DNA from: a phage
Strand: one strand, 5' to 3'
DNA: 64,000 nt
Assembly: GCA_025829515.1 (NCBI GenBank)
Contig: GCA_025829515.1_4865.1
Part shown: positions 15,540-26,012 of the stretch, piece after piece
Layout of the letters: each line of letters starts with the position of its first letter
Position numbering within the stretch: position 1 is the stretch's first letter
The notes under the pieces: generated by a model
Seen by the model: the letters and a program-made list of their open reading frames with translations, nothing else
Told to the model about the DNA's origin: nothing
Databases searched by the model: none
Made by a program: the position numbers and the translations under genes

Positions 15540-18283
15540 TAGAGGACGTTGTCTGGGTTGTCGTCGGTAGTTCCTTCACCGCCTTCTGTGCCTTCCGTTC
15601 CCTCGGTAGTTGTTTCCGTGGTTTCGGTCGACTCAGTAGTTTCCTCTGTACTATCGCCACCGGTGCCGTTATCCGTATCGAGATCGAGGTCTAAATCATC
15701 GTCACCCCCACCGCCGAGATCCCCATCATCACCACCAGTGTCACCGCCCGCATCAAAACCACCACCGAATCCGCCGGAAGCATCATTAGGATCAAGGTCG
15801 GCATTCTTCGCTAACGTTTCCAGTCGTCCGGTGAAACGTTTCGCCAATTGAATCAGCGTTTTCGAAGCAGCCATCGCTTCATCAGTCATCATGGTGATGT
15901 TGTCCTGACGAGAATCATCGTCGTAAACCAGATCGAAGAAGTCGGTTTCAATACCTTGTTTACGCAGCCAGTTGCGCGTATAGAAGGACTTGATCATCGT
16001 CTTCAGATCGTTCGGGTCCATCGAGATGCCTTCTTGCTGGAGTTGCGCAGCAATGTCATCCGTTACAACCAGATCAGCCAGCTTCTCAAAGAACTCCGTA
16101 CGTTTATCGAACAGCTCCATCTGCGAAGCTGCTGCCGATGTGTCGGGTGGTGGTAAGGTTACTTTCATACCGTTGATAAACGCAGCCAGATACTCAGAGA
16201 CCTTTTTCGTAATCTGGTCAGTAGTCATCCCATTGCCGTTAGCATTGATGTACTCTGCAATGATTTTAATCATCGCTGATTGCAACGACGGAGAGGCCAA
16301 CATCCCATTAACTACGTAACGTGTCAGTGGCTTAGAGAGAATCTCTTGCTTCTTAACAACCTGCTGGGTGACCAGTAACGATTTAGAGAAGATCTGTGAA
16401 GCAAACTCGATGTTCTCGGGGGTCATTACCAGGTCAGGGTCAACACCTGCGATGTGACAAGTGCGACGTAACAGACCTTCGTCGAAATCCTTATCCGGGT
16501 ATTTATAATCCGGCGTAGTGTCCGACACAGACACTTTGGTACTACCGTAGTAGTCGTTACCAATAACGTTAAACGCAATACCTGCGTTTGTCGTCATTGC
16601 CCAGGTGTCGTTCATGTCCCCCCACATCGGTTGACGACGGTTATAGGAGTTCATGATGTCTGTTTTCAGCTGGTCAATTGTTTTCTGACCGTTCATGTCG
16701 TCTGGTGCCAACTCAATGTCGTACTGCATGTGACGTGCAGAGTTCAGCACCGCAGAGTTCATGGTAGCGAACAACAGCGCCATACGGACAGTAGAGATAA
16801 CGAACGAGCGTTCGGTAATAGATACACCGATACCATCTTCATCAAAGTCCGTGGCAAAATAGCAAAGGTTTTCCGCAGGAATATAAATAACCTGCGTATG
16901 ACGTTTTGCCAGATGGCGCGCCAGCATGATACGGCTGAACGTTTCGGTTACTGTCATGCTAATCTCAGCACCACCCAACGCCTCACCCAACGCTTTTGTC
17001 AGCTGGTCTTCAGCAATCTCACCATAACGCGCTGTTAAGCGGTTAGCAATGTCTGGTGTGATTCGGGTTGTGTTGCCCATCCCCAGATTCGCGCGGTTGA
17101 TTGTCGAATCTACCATACCGTCGTTGTTCAGGTAGTTCATGAAGTTCGCATCCCCGTAAAGTGTGGAACGCGAGTTAATGAAGTTACCCATTTCGTCAAC
17201 GATGGCCAGATAACCTATGGGGTTACGAACATCGTCTCCGATAACGAGTGGGAGTGTGGACTCTGCTGGCAGTAATCGTTCCGTGTATTCGATTTTGTTG
17301 GCATCGGAGAAACTCATCTTCGGTACTTCGCCGTAAAGCTTTTGCTCAGGCGTTTTCTGGTACGCTTCGTTGAGGTCGCCGATGTTGATTAAACCGAGTT
17401 TTGCCTTCTCTTGTTCGCTGTCTGTGAACTGGTCAGCGTTATACTCTGACGCACCTGTCGGCGTAGAAGGTTGTTCATATGCGTACTGCTCTAACTGACC
17501 GAACAGGCCGGTGCGAGCATTCTCCTGTGCCACACGGCGATAAGCCTCTGGTAGCAGGGTAATACGCGGGTTGTCGGTGATAACGATATCCAGGGAAGCT
17601 AACATACCGTCTGCTTTAAACGGACTGTTAGGGGCTGCTGCAAAGTTAAGTTTAATGGTTTGTGGCTTGGTGGGCTTGTCAGCGCCACGTGCACGACCCA
17701 GAATACTTTCTACGCCAACCTTCGGTTTGTTTTCACCGCCAATCTTGCCCAGGATACCCAACTGACGTTCAAAGAAGTCAGATTGGCTACGGCGCAACGA
17801 TTCGGTTGCAACAGACGGCTTTAAGCCGAAGAGTTCATCGAATCCGGTATCTGAAATCAGCAACACCGGGCTCGCGCCTTTGGATTTCAGTGCATCGTAA
17901 ATCCACTGATACAGTTTGTTGGGTAACTGGCGCGTGTGGTCATGGAATTCACGCACAGGTTCCAATAACTGCTGACGCAGGTCGATCGGGATATCAGCCA
18001 CGTTGTCGTAAATCAGCGTGGTGTTAATCAAATCTTTTGTGGACAGGAGCGAGGAGGTCGCGATGGTAACAATGACCTCTAACTCAGGGAGCGCATCAAA
18101 GATACGTTCGGCATTTTTAACGGTGCGAATGCGGCTACTCGCAATGCCCGTGAGTTCTGTACGGGTTGGTGTAACGCCGCCATCTTCACGCTTACCGCGT
18201 TGCTGCTGAGCCGACGGGCTCGTGGACTTACGCAGTATGGCAGCTACCGCGGGGTCGCCCGTTAATTTACTAATATCTTCCAT
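15539..18283 (-). CDS. large virion-type protein with acidic disordered C-terminal tail, candidate portal (914 aa)
   Basis: Long - strand ORF; GGAGA 6 nt before ATG; C-terminal about 80 aa low-complexity acidic (DLDLDLD, TEETTESTETTETTTEGTEG). Portal assignment is inference from size and composition only. Confidence 0.3.
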   Translation of the reverse strand: MEDISKLTGDPAVAAILRKSTSPSAQQQRGKREDGGVTPTRTELTGIASSRIRTVKNAERIFDALPELEVIVTIATSSLLSTKDLINTTLIYDNVADIPIDLRQQLLEPVREFHDHTRQLPNKLYQWIYDALKSKGASPVLLISDTGFDELFGLKPSVATESLRRSQSDFFERQLGILGKIGGENKPKVGVESILGRARGADKPTKPQTIKLNFAAAPNSPFKADGMLASLDIVITDNPRITLLPEAYRRVAQENARTGLFGQLEQYAYEQPSTPTGASEYNADQFTDSEQEKAKLGLINIGDLNEAYQKTPEQKLYGEVPKMSFSDANKIEYTERLLPAESTLPLVIGDDVRNPIGYLAIVDEMGNFINSRSTLYGDANFMNYLNNDGMVDSTINRANLGMGNTTRITPDIANRLTARYGEIAEDQLTKALGEALGGAEISMTVTETFSRIMLARHLAKRHTQVIYIPAENLCYFATDFDEDGIGVSITERSFVISTVRMALLFATMNSAVLNSARHMQYDIELAPDDMNGQKTIDQLKTDIMNSYNRRQPMWGDMNDTWAMTTNAGIAFNVIGNDYYGSTKVSVSDTTPDYKYPDKDFDEGLLRRTCHIAGVDPDLVMTPENIEFASQIFSKSLLVTQQVVKKQEILSKPLTRYVVNGMLASPSLQSAMIKIIAEYINANGNGMTTDQITKKVSEYLAAFINGMKVTLPPPDTSAAASQMELFDKRTEFFEKLADLVVTDDIAAQLQQEGISMDPNDLKTMIKSFYTRNWLRKQGIETDFFDLVYDDDSRQDNITMMTDEAMAASKTLIQLAKRFTGRLETLAKNADLDPNDASGGFGGGFDAGGDTGGDDGDLGGGGDDDLDLDLDTDNGTGGDSTEETTESTETTETTTEGTEGTEGGEGTTDDNPDNVL

Positions 18284-18294
18284 TGGGGTCTCCG

Positions 18295-20478
18295 ATGCAG
18301 AGATTTAACATTTTTCGTGACCAGGCTATCCAGTTAGCGAAATCCCTGATTGTCAAATCAGAGAGCATCGCACAACAGATGAACCTGGCAATAACCAAAA
18401 ACGGCGGTTTCGTTTCCGAGAACCGTGAGACGTGGCGGTATTACCTACACTTAGCAGGTAAACGACATGCAATCGACAAGCCGATATACATTACGTCACT
18501 CGACACGCAAGAGCAGATAGAGTTAACGACGCAGAACCTCTCCCGTCATAAAAAGACCTCAAACGTATATCGTTCTAACCCGGAGTATATCGACGACTTA
18601 ATCGCCGAGTATCCGGACTACGCAGTATACATTCGCGGTACTTTCAATCCGATTGATATTGCATACGCGATACGTGTCGATGACTGCTCAATTTTGTATT
18701 ACGATCCTGCTTTAGTTGAACCGCAGGAGACGTCGTTAATTACACATATTGAGAACTTTATTCGTGCAGCACATGTGCGTTTCATGGCTGATGGCTGGAA
18801 AGTTCACAACGACTGTTTCGTACTGGCCTTTTACATGCAGCAGTACCCGGTGTGGCCGGGGCTTATCATGTACATCCGCAAACGGTTACAGTTTACGACC
18901 GAAACGCACTCCTACTACGTGACCGAGTTCTTGGCTTCGCACCAAGAACTGCACGAGTTCATGCCGTACCTGACCCTCAAGCAGAAATTCACACTGTATC
19001 GCAATATCCGTTACTGGGAACGTAACTCTGGTAAGGAAGAAATCTTTACCTGGATGATTGACACCCTGCTGACGGGTTGGGGTATGCCTGCTGTTGGATA
19101 TAAGGTCGCCCAGCAGATTCACGACCCGACGACGGGCAGTGACGATGACCTGACACCACTCCCGATCGGCTACCAGTCATCGCTTAACTATACTGAACGT
19201 GACTCGGGCCGTGACCTGGACATTGTTAGCACAACTGACATCATCCAGAAAGAAATCAATCTGGCGTACAATAACCCAGTGCACGAACCTGACTATCAGG
19301 AAGACCTCGATCGGCGTTTGAGCTTGACGCAGTATCCGAACCTGCCAACGAAGTTAGTTGAGGTAACGGCGATTGACCCAGAGGCCATCGAACGTTGGGA
19401 ATTTATGCATGGCTTGTTCAACGAGTGGATGCATATCGTGGCACGTGGACAGTACAACATTTACCACGAAATTCTTAACCCAACGAACGGGGATACGCTA
19501 AAGCTCACTTCAAAAGAGCTGCTGGCACTGTTCTTGTATGCGAGCTTCAAAGGTTATTCTGGCGTAGCACTGGATAAAATCCCGGTGTGGAATGTGTTTG
19601 GTGTGTTAATCAAACGCTGGGTTGGTTTTGATGAGATGGTGCAGCATCTGCCAAGCTCATGGCCCGGCCGTTTTAATGCGCTGATTAACTATTACACGGA
19701 CACGCATCATGAAGTTATCGGTAATTTGATGTCTGCAGATGAGTTGTACGATGAAATCAGCGAAATCATGGTGCAGAAGCGTCGTCGTTACCGTTACTCG
19801 TATAATCGACACAAGCTAGCCGACCGTGCTGCCGGCACAATGCTGTTTACCTACCATTACCGTGACTATAAGTGCGATCTTGACCTACCTTACCGCGATT
19901 ACGACGAGTTCTTCAAAACGTTTGGTTTTGATTACGAGTTAGTCTCCGCGGAAACCTGGCAGGACATCGCCACCGACGCTTTAAACGTGGCCACTAATCT
20001 GGAAACACGTGCGTCTGTCTCACAAGCTGAAATACAACGCGCGATGGTGCGGTTAATGACGAAACTCTCGTCGTATACTGTCCATTTTGCCGCACGTATG
20101 GGTTCTGACACCTACGATGTCACCGACCCAGTCATCCCGATTCTGGATGATATTCTCGCAGAGGCTGCCGATACAACAAATATCATTTACCCTCTGACAG
20201 ACGTGCAGCGCGTGAGCCGTAGTTCATTCATGACGACGGATAAACCCATCCCTGTCGCTCCCGTGATAAAGGAAATGGCAATCCCGCAACGTATTAAGTT
20301 GCGGATGAATGTCTACCCTGGTATCCGTGTGAAGGTCGAGCAGGATGTTGTGGTCGATACGGTACAACCGCCTATCGACGTTGTCCGTGTGCGGACGTCA
20401 TTTGAGGAGTGGACGCTTGCCGAGCGCGTGGCCGACCGTGACATGGATGGCTTCCGGCTAGACCAATTACCAAAGTGA
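18295..20478 (+). CDS. hypothetical protein (727 aa)
   Basis: ATG at 18295 (track start 18283 is TTG coinciding with the divergent gene start); no Walker A, so not a terminase large subunit. Confidence 0.7.
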   Translation: MQRFNIFRDQAIQLAKSLIVKSESIAQQMNLAITKNGGFVSENRETWRYYLHLAGKRHAIDKPIYITSLDTQEQIELTTQNLSRHKKTSNVYRSNPEYIDDLIAEYPDYAVYIRGTFNPIDIAYAIRVDDCSILYYDPALVEPQETSLITHIENFIRAAHVRFMADGWKVHNDCFVLAFYMQQYPVWPGLIMYIRKRLQFTTETHSYYVTEFLASHQELHEFMPYLTLKQKFTLYRNIRYWERNSGKEEIFTWMIDTLLTGWGMPAVGYKVAQQIHDPTTGSDDDLTPLPIGYQSSLNYTERDSGRDLDIVSTTDIIQKEINLAYNNPVHEPDYQEDLDRRLSLTQYPNLPTKLVEVTAIDPEAIERWEFMHGLFNEWMHIVARGQYNIYHEILNPTNGDTLKLTSKELLALFLYASFKGYSGVALDKIPVWNVFGVLIKRWVGFDEMVQHLPSSWPGRFNALINYYTDTHHEVIGNLMSADELYDEISEIMVQKRRRYRYSYNRHKLADRAAGTMLFTYHYRDYKCDLDLPYRDYDEFFKTFGFDYELVSAETWQDIATDALNVATNLETRASVSQAEIQRAMVRLMTKLSSYTVHFAARMGSDTYDVTDPVIPILDDILAEAADTTNIIYPLTDVQRVSRSSFMTTDKPIPVAPVIKEMAIPQRIKLRMNVYPGIRVKVEQDVVVDTVQPPIDVVRVRTSFEEWTLAERVADRDMDGFRLDQLPK

Positions 20479-20485
20479 GAGACTT

Positions 20486-21013
20486 ATGGGATACCGTATA
20501 GATTTATCAAAAACCCCGAAACAGATTCTGGTTGAGAGAATCAATTACGTTTTTAAGTTATCGTATAGTGAAAATAACTACGAGTTTAACCCACGTGGGG
20601 TGTGGCCGCTAACCCAAGCAGAGCGACGCGCTAAAGGTGTGGAGTCTAAAGTTGCGGCGCGCTTTGTAAATGGGGTACACGGCACTCAAGAGTTTTACCT
20701 GACTCGTGCGGACTTAAACAAGTTACTTAAAGACGTAACGGTTGAAGTCCCGAAGGGTGCGGCAGAATGGAGCCATGAATTAGTTCCGTATATTGTCGAT
20801 GAGCTGGGTCTCCAGCTTGACACCTACGATATCATGGTTGAACCGATTACCCCAGAAATGGAATCGTATGAGGCGCGCTTAATCCCGCACCATCTATCTT
20901 TCAAAGGCACGATTGCGATTACTTTTGTTGACCCAACTCCCCGTAAGCTGGCGCAGCTGGTAACTAAACGGGCACTCGACGGGTTTCGCCCAGGAGAATT
21001 TTTAAATGGCTAA
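20486..21013 (+). CDS. hypothetical protein (175 aa)
   Basis: ORF overlapping the next gene start by 8 nt. Confidence 0.7.
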   Translation: MGYRIDLSKTPKQILVERINYVFKLSYSENNYEFNPRGVWPLTQAERRAKGVESKVAARFVNGVHGTQEFYLTRADLNKLLKDVTVEVPKGAAEWSHELVPYIVDELGLQLDTYDIMVEPITPEMESYEARLIPHHLSFKGTIAITFVDPTPRKLAQLVTKRALDGFRPGEFLNG

Positions 21014-21893
21014 CACCAAAGTTTACGATGGTAAACTGTCAACAGTGACTCTTAACGCGATGCGACTTACGACCGCGTTATTGACAGGTGCTGACGTGCA
21101 GTACCCACAGAAATCCACGATGAACGAGTTTTATAAACTCATGACCTCGAAAGTTCCCGATGGCGCTACACGTCCGCATTTAGGATACATGTGCGTGGGT
21201 AACCGTGGTCACATCGTTGATCAGTCTGATGTTGTGGCAGACGTTGTTCCCGTCGCGAAATCCCCGATTGCGTCAGGGATGTTCTCGCGCGTTCCATTGG
21301 TACTGCGTACGTTGGATAATGACTTGTCTGATGAGCAACGTAAACAGTACGCTTTCCGTACTCGTGAAACTATCGGCGCGCGGGATTACTGGGCGTATTA
21401 TCTGAAACGTATCGACATGCGCGCAGTGAAGACCACTGACCTGGATATCACTCGCGAAAACGGTGTTGAAACCGTCAAAGATTTCGTCTATACCGATGCG
21501 GAACTGAACCCGGTACCGAAAGAACTCCCAGACTACGATTACGACGATGACGGCACTGTAGAGATCCCCGACGGTCGTTATGTTGAATCGGGCGCAGACC
21601 TGGTGATTCCATGGACTGAGTTTGATGTTCAGGAATACATGAACGTGACGGCGATTCTACGTGGTACGCCACGCAGTTCGATTATCTCTGAAATTGCGCT
21701 GTGCTCTGGCGTTGATACCCCTGAAACGGGTGAGTCGGCTACCGGTTCACAGTTCAGCTACGACGAAGCTATCGGTGTGCAGGCGTTGTACTACATCTCC
21801 CTGTTCACTAACCTGGCACAGACCAACGATCGTCTGTCACTGACCATCCGTATCGGCCAGCCGGCACCGTGGTTCTTAGGGACAGCTAACTGA
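21006..21893 (+). CDS. hypothetical protein (295 aa)
   Basis: ORF; stop overlaps next start (TGATG). Confidence 0.7.
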   Translation: MANTKVYDGKLSTVTLNAMRLTTALLTGADVQYPQKSTMNEFYKLMTSKVPDGATRPHLGYMCVGNRGHIVDQSDVVADVVPVAKSPIASGMFSRVPLVLRTLDNDLSDEQRKQYAFRTRETIGARDYWAYYLKRIDMRAVKTTDLDITRENGVETVKDFVYTDAELNPVPKELPDYDYDDDGTVEIPDGRYVESGADLVIPWTEFDVQEYMNVTAILRGTPRSSIISEIALCSGVDTPETGESATGSQFSYDEAIGVQALYYISLFTNLAQTNDRLSLTIRIGQPAPWFLGTAN

Positions 21894-22543
21894 TGCTGAT
21901 TCCCGAGCCGAGGTTACCCGACAGTATGGTGAGGATTGCGGCTGTTGACCCCGGTACTGCCCATCTTGGGATGGCGGTTATCGACTGGGAATTTGGCCAA
22001 CCTCAAGGTGAAGTTGTCTGGGCGGGCACGGCTCATGTTGCGGACCCTACGCACAATGGCTCTTTTGGTGAGTGCGTAGGGAAACGCGATGCGCGTTTGG
22101 TAGAATTAGAAGAACGCTTTCGTGAGTTTTTAAAACTGGCAAGGCCGACTTTTGTCGCTACCGAAACTCCGTTCATGCGAAGAGCTAAGCTCTCAGCGTA
22201 CGAATCTGGGGTGGAATTGCAACTGATGTTGCGGCGAACGCTTTGGGACGTGTTTCCCGAAAAATATCTCCATGGGTTTAATCCTATTATTGTGAAGTCG
22301 TACGTTGGTGTGGAAGCAAAGGGTACAGATAAATCGCATATGCAACAAGCGGTGACCAAACTCTACGCGAACCATACCCGGTGCGACTTATCGGTATTGG
22401 ATGAACACAGTATCGATGCCGTGGCGGTGGGTAATATCTTCGTCAGGGTCAACTTATTAAACCTAAATAGTCTTCTTCCGCCCAAGGTTAAAGTTCCTAA
22501 AGCTAAGGCCGGTAAGCAGAAAGGAAGACGCCGGAGGAAATAG
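21893..22543 (+). CDS. RuvC-like Holliday junction resolvase (216 aa)
   Basis: N-terminal VRIAAVDPGTAHLGMAV resembles the RuvC first catalytic Asp strand; later VATETPF and DEHSIDAVAVG resemble the Glu and Asp/His motifs; basic C-terminal tail. Confidence 0.5.
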   Translation: MLIPEPRLPDSMVRIAAVDPGTAHLGMAVIDWEFGQPQGEVVWAGTAHVADPTHNGSFGECVGKRDARLVELEERFREFLKLARPTFVATETPFMRRAKLSAYESGVELQLMLRRTLWDVFPEKYLHGFNPIIVKSYVGVEAKGTDKSHMQQAVTKLYANHTRCDLSVLDEHSIDAVAVGNIFVRVNLLNLNSLLPPKVKVPKAKAGKQKGRRRRK

Positions 22544-22545
22544 CG

Positions 22546-23118
22546 ATGTCGCAGTCTTTGCAAGAAGCCTCGACGGATGTGTTGGATGTTCTTATCCAGG
22601 CGGGCACCAATAAATTAAGCCTGGAAGAGAGTAACCGACTAAAAACAGCCGCCCAGACCGCTTTGGGAAGTGATGTTGAAATTGATGTCACTAAACCTGC
22701 TAACGTGATTCTTACTTCTTTACGCCCCCTCATTCTTGAGCAGGTGGGGAACATGGCGAAAACGTTTGAATCGCAAGCAAAAGCCGCTGTAGAAAGCATG
22801 GATGAAAAGCTCGCCAAAGAAACGTTATTGACCCTGTGGCCAAATTTGAAAGGTCCGCAGAAAGTCCTTATCGTTTTGTTGGTGCTGACCACTGTGGTGA
22901 TTACTGGCGCGATGGCCTGGGACACGCACCTGCATTATCCACAGGAGTTAACGGATGTGCTGATTGTGGCGCTCTTACCTTTGTTTGCTCAGGCCGTGTT
23001 CTTTACATGGCCGATTAAGACGCTTGCTTACAATTCGATGGCCATTGGTGCCAAGGTTGTTGAATACAAGCTGAATAAGAGCAACGCGAAGCAACAGACT
23101 ACCGCACCTAAAGAGTAA
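22546..23118 (+). CDS. membrane protein (190 aa)
   Basis: GGAGG upstream; two hydrophobic segments (VLIVLLVLTTVVITGAMAW, VLIVALLPLFAQAVFF). Confidence 0.7.
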   Translation: MSQSLQEASTDVLDVLIQAGTNKLSLEESNRLKTAAQTALGSDVEIDVTKPANVILTSLRPLILEQVGNMAKTFESQAKAAVESMDEKLAKETLLTLWPNLKGPQKVLIVLLVLTTVVITGAMAWDTHLHYPQELTDVLIVALLPLFAQAVFFTWPIKTLAYNSMAIGAKVVEYKLNKSNAKQQTTAPKE

Positions 23119-23122
23119 TTAA

Positions 23123-23167
23123 GCCCTCTTCTCCTCCTGGAGAAGAGGCTTCTTATTTTTTTTTATT
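23123..23167 (+). terminator. rho-independent terminator
   Basis: cctcttctcc-tcct-ggagaagagg followed by a long T-run. Confidence 0.8.
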
Positions 23168-23215
23168 ACGTCTACGTAAATTACTGTGTAAGCACGGCCC
23201 AAAAGGAATATAAAA

Positions 23216-23854
23216 ATGCAATTACAATTTCGTCAACGGTCTGTACTACTACCGTTTAGCGCTATATTAGGTTCGTTTACCAAAATGCTGTCTGTGGATT
23301 TTACTGCAGCTGAGAAAGAAGCGCTGTTATTGGCGGCAGTCGAAGAAGTATTGTGGGAGGCGTTTTACGTAGTGCCGTTTCGTAGATGCTTAAACGCCCC
23401 GTATGTTGAAGGGCAGTTTGTCAGCGCGCTTTCCGCTGCGATTACCAAACGTAAACTAAATGCCATGGCGCATGTCAAAGAGATCACCGCGCAACGAGGA
23501 CGGATATTCGCTACCATCAGAAATGTGTTAATTAAAGAAGGGTTTCTTGCAGATGCGTTAGGTCCCGAGGTTCCTTGGGAACCGGGTCATCCACCGCGTC
23601 AGTTTGACCACGGGTACAAGTTAAGTATAATTATGCCACGCGGTAAGCGTGACGTCTCATTGGGGAAATGGTTACAGATAAGTTGGGTTCGTCCTACTAT
23701 CGATTGGCAAGAAATGTCGGTCAATCGCTATCTGGAACACCTGGCAAAAACACCGGCACAGTTTCACCGTTCAACAATCCTGCCGCTACACTTGCTGTTA
23801 AAACCGTCCCTGTCATTGGCAGAAGCCAGATACCTGCTTAGTGGAGAGAAGTGA
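23216..23854 (+). CDS. hypothetical protein (212 aa), coupled to downstream GNAT
   Basis: AAGGA upstream; stop overlaps the GNAT start (ATGA). Confidence 0.7.
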   Translation: MQLQFRQRSVLLPFSAILGSFTKMLSVDFTAAEKEALLLAAVEEVLWEAFYVVPFRRCLNAPYVEGQFVSALSAAITKRKLNAMAHVKEITAQRGRIFATIRNVLIKEGFLADALGPEVPWEPGHPPRQFDHGYKLSIIMPRGKRDVSLGKWLQISWVRPTIDWQEMSVNRYLEHLAKTPAQFHRSTILPLHLLLKPSLSLAEARYLLSGEK

Positions 23855-24336
23855 TGCTTGTTATTAATGTGGTCGAGGATAAGATTCCCGCGAATGTTTA
23901 TCCTGAACTGGTTGAATGGGTACGCGACTTAAACAGTATTCGCGAGGAGCCTATTAAACTCACGATGTTTGTTGAGGATGATATCGTGCGGGGAATCATG
24001 GCATGGGAACCTGGCCATTTGGTCTATATGGTTGTGCCCGAAGAATCGCGGCGGGGCGGTGTCGGCAGATTTATGCTTAAGTATCTTCAGCAGAACTCCG
24101 ATCGTAAACACATCAGCTGTCGTGTTCACCCGACCAACATTCCCGCGCTAGGATTCTTTCACCAACAAGGCTTCCAGATTGACCGATGGTATATTGCTGC
24201 TGACGGCCAACGGTATTTTCGTATGACGAACTACAATGTTATTTCGTCACACACGCCGCCGGAGGAAAAGCTTTTAACTCATTACGCTGAAAGCGTTCCC
24301 ATTTTTCTTTCGATGGCAGAAGGTCATTTCGTCTAA
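23851..24336 (+). CDS. GNAT-family N-acetyltransferase (161 aa)
   Basis: Acetyl-CoA loop-like RRGGVGRFML and C-terminal GFFHQQGFQI. Confidence 0.65.
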   Translation: MMLVINVVEDKIPANVYPELVEWVRDLNSIREEPIKLTMFVEDDIVRGIMAWEPGHLVYMVVPEESRRGGVGRFMLKYLQQNSDRKHISCRVHPTNIPALGFFHQQGFQIDRWYIAADGQRYFRMTNYNVISSHTPPEEKLLTHYAESVPIFLSMAEGHFV

Positions 24337-24353
24337 ACGAGCGAGAGTGTATA

Positions 24354-24830
24354 ATGATACGTGTTGCTTACGAAACACGAGATACGGATGGAACCCGTAT
24401 AAACGTCATCCGCCGTGTGGAGCTTGTTCCTCAGCATGAACTGAATATTGCAGACAGTTCGCTTAGGGGCACTCCTGTTAAGATTCTGAATCTTACGAGA
24501 TGTTCTTTTCATCACAGTAAGACATCACCAGCAATACGGTCCAGTAAAAGAAAAAGTTATGCCGATTTAAAACGTCGGTTGTCCCGGCATTTTCGTCGGA
24601 GTGCCTGGAAGGCTTTAGTTGAGGTTTTGGTCGACGAGCACCTTATCCAGAGGTTGGAGTGGGAAGAAGTTCTCAGGGAAGCGGGCTATCCAACAAAACC
24701 TTTCTCTTATCACTGGCATCACTTCAAAAAACAGTTCCATGATGCCTTACAGGTATCGCCAAACACTCGCAACATGATTCACCGTTTGGAGAAAATGGAC
24801 TGGCTTCTACCCTATCTGGAAGAGGACTAG
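24354..24830 (+). CDS. hypothetical protein (158 aa)
   Basis: ORF in operon context. Confidence 0.65.
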   Translation: MIRVAYETRDTDGTRINVIRRVELVPQHELNIADSSLRGTPVKILNLTRCSFHHSKTSPAIRSSKRKSYADLKRRLSRHFRRSAWKALVEVLVDEHLIQRLEWEEVLREAGYPTKPFSYHWHHFKKQFHDALQVSPNTRNMIHRLEKMDWLLPYLEED

Positions 24831-24832
24831 AT

Positions 24833-25222
24833 ATGATGCGTGCTGTATTAGCTGTGTTTATAGTCTGCGTTACTGCGCCAGTAAACGCCTTTACCATTCA
24901 GGACTTCCCGCAGTATAAACCGATGTGGGAAACTGACGCACCTGTGAAATTCAGCGACAAAGATGAACCAGTCGTGACGGTGGAAAATGGTGAGTTTGCC
25001 GTGGTTAACTACGGACGTTCTGAACTGTGTCCAGGCGGTGGCTTTTATCTCGTTAACACAAAGCGCAAGACGTACCAGCCAATAGATGCGGGTACGTGTT
25101 CGTCGAAAGTTAAAGCGACAATTGCCCCGTCAGTACGAACACACTGCAGAGTTAATAACCTACGGTTAACTTTTTGGGTAGGTAAAGAAATTTCCGCACG
25201 GTATCCTTTGTACGATTATTAA
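24833..25222 (+). CDS. predicted secreted/periplasmic small protein (129 aa)
   Basis: Signal-peptide-like N-terminus MMRAVLAVFIVCVTAPVNA; terminator follows. Confidence 0.65.
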   Translation: MMRAVLAVFIVCVTAPVNAFTIQDFPQYKPMWETDAPVKFSDKDEPVVTVENGEFAVVNYGRSELCPGGGFYLVNTKRKTYQPIDAGTCSSKVKATIAPSVRTHCRVNNLRLTFWVGKEISARYPLYDY

Positions 25223-25229
25223 ACACAGC

Positions 25230-25268
25230 GTATAGGGGCTTCGGCCCCTATACTGTTTATTATTTTCC
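25230..25268 (+). terminator. rho-independent terminator (UUCG tetraloop)
   Basis: gtataggggc-ttcg-gcccctatac plus T-rich run. Confidence 0.8.
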
Positions 25269-25313
25269 TGTGAAGTATTATGACCCCCCTTAATCAAATA
25301 CCAGGAGCGAGGC

Positions 25314-25931
25314 ATGTCTTTTGTTATTGACTTTAACCACCATCATAGTCAAACCTTGCTCGATTTAGTCAATGCTTTTAATGCTGAAACCGTTTATACG
25401 CCCCTGACCACAGAACGTATCCGTGTGGAGAGTTATGGTCCACCGGAACCGGACGGTCGTGTAAGTGCTTTGCTGACTAATAAGAGTAAGCCAGATGACT
25501 ATGTGGTTGTGCGTTACCGCAAATTGAGCTTAAATGATATAATCACATTGGGACCTGAACATCTCACGTGGTTTGATTTGTCGAAAGGTAAACCGGCCGA
25601 TTTGCGCGTATGGTCTGAACCTGCAATGGCCAGTTTTGAATCGGCGTGTGCAGAACGCGGCATCGTTGTAAGTAAGGCGTGGGAAAACCCCGCGCAATGC
25701 CACGTAGAGTACGACATCCTGACCGATCGATATATCCTCGTCTATGAATGTGAATCGTTTGTTTACGAATCACGCACACGTATTACGCTACCGTACCATA
25801 TCGGCCAAGACTTAACCAAGACAACGCTGCCTGGTCTGGAATACGACTTGGCTGGTTTCTGGGGGCGTAAGCTGTTAGAAGAAGTGACTATCACGAAGCT
25901 TAACGGTTTTCGTTATCGTGTGTTTGTTTAA
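25314..25931 (+). CDS. hypothetical protein (205 aa)
   Basis: ORF with AGGAG upstream; flanked by terminators. Confidence 0.7.
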   Translation: MSFVIDFNHHHSQTLLDLVNAFNAETVYTPLTTERIRVESYGPPEPDGRVSALLTNKSKPDDYVVVRYRKLSLNDIITLGPEHLTWFDLSKGKPADLRVWSEPAMASFESACAERGIVVSKAWENPAQCHVEYDILTDRYILVYECESFVYESRTRITLPYHIGQDLTKTTLPGLEYDLAGFWGRKLLEEVTITKLNGFRYRVFV

Positions 25932-25936
25932 GACAC

Positions 25937-25978
25937 TACCCTCGCCCGTTTAGCGAGGGTAGGTATTTATTTTTTTCT
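25937..25978 (+). terminator. rho-independent terminator
   Basis: taccctcgc / gcgagggta stem followed by atttatttttttc. Confidence 0.75.
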
Positions 25979-26012
25979 TACGAATCGTCCACTCCGTATA
26001 GGAGGTAAGTCC

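Noticed and set aside
18295-20478. Terminase large subunit next to the candidate portal
   Set aside because: No Walker A/P-loop or recognisable nuclease motifs in the 727 aa protein; left as hypothetical.
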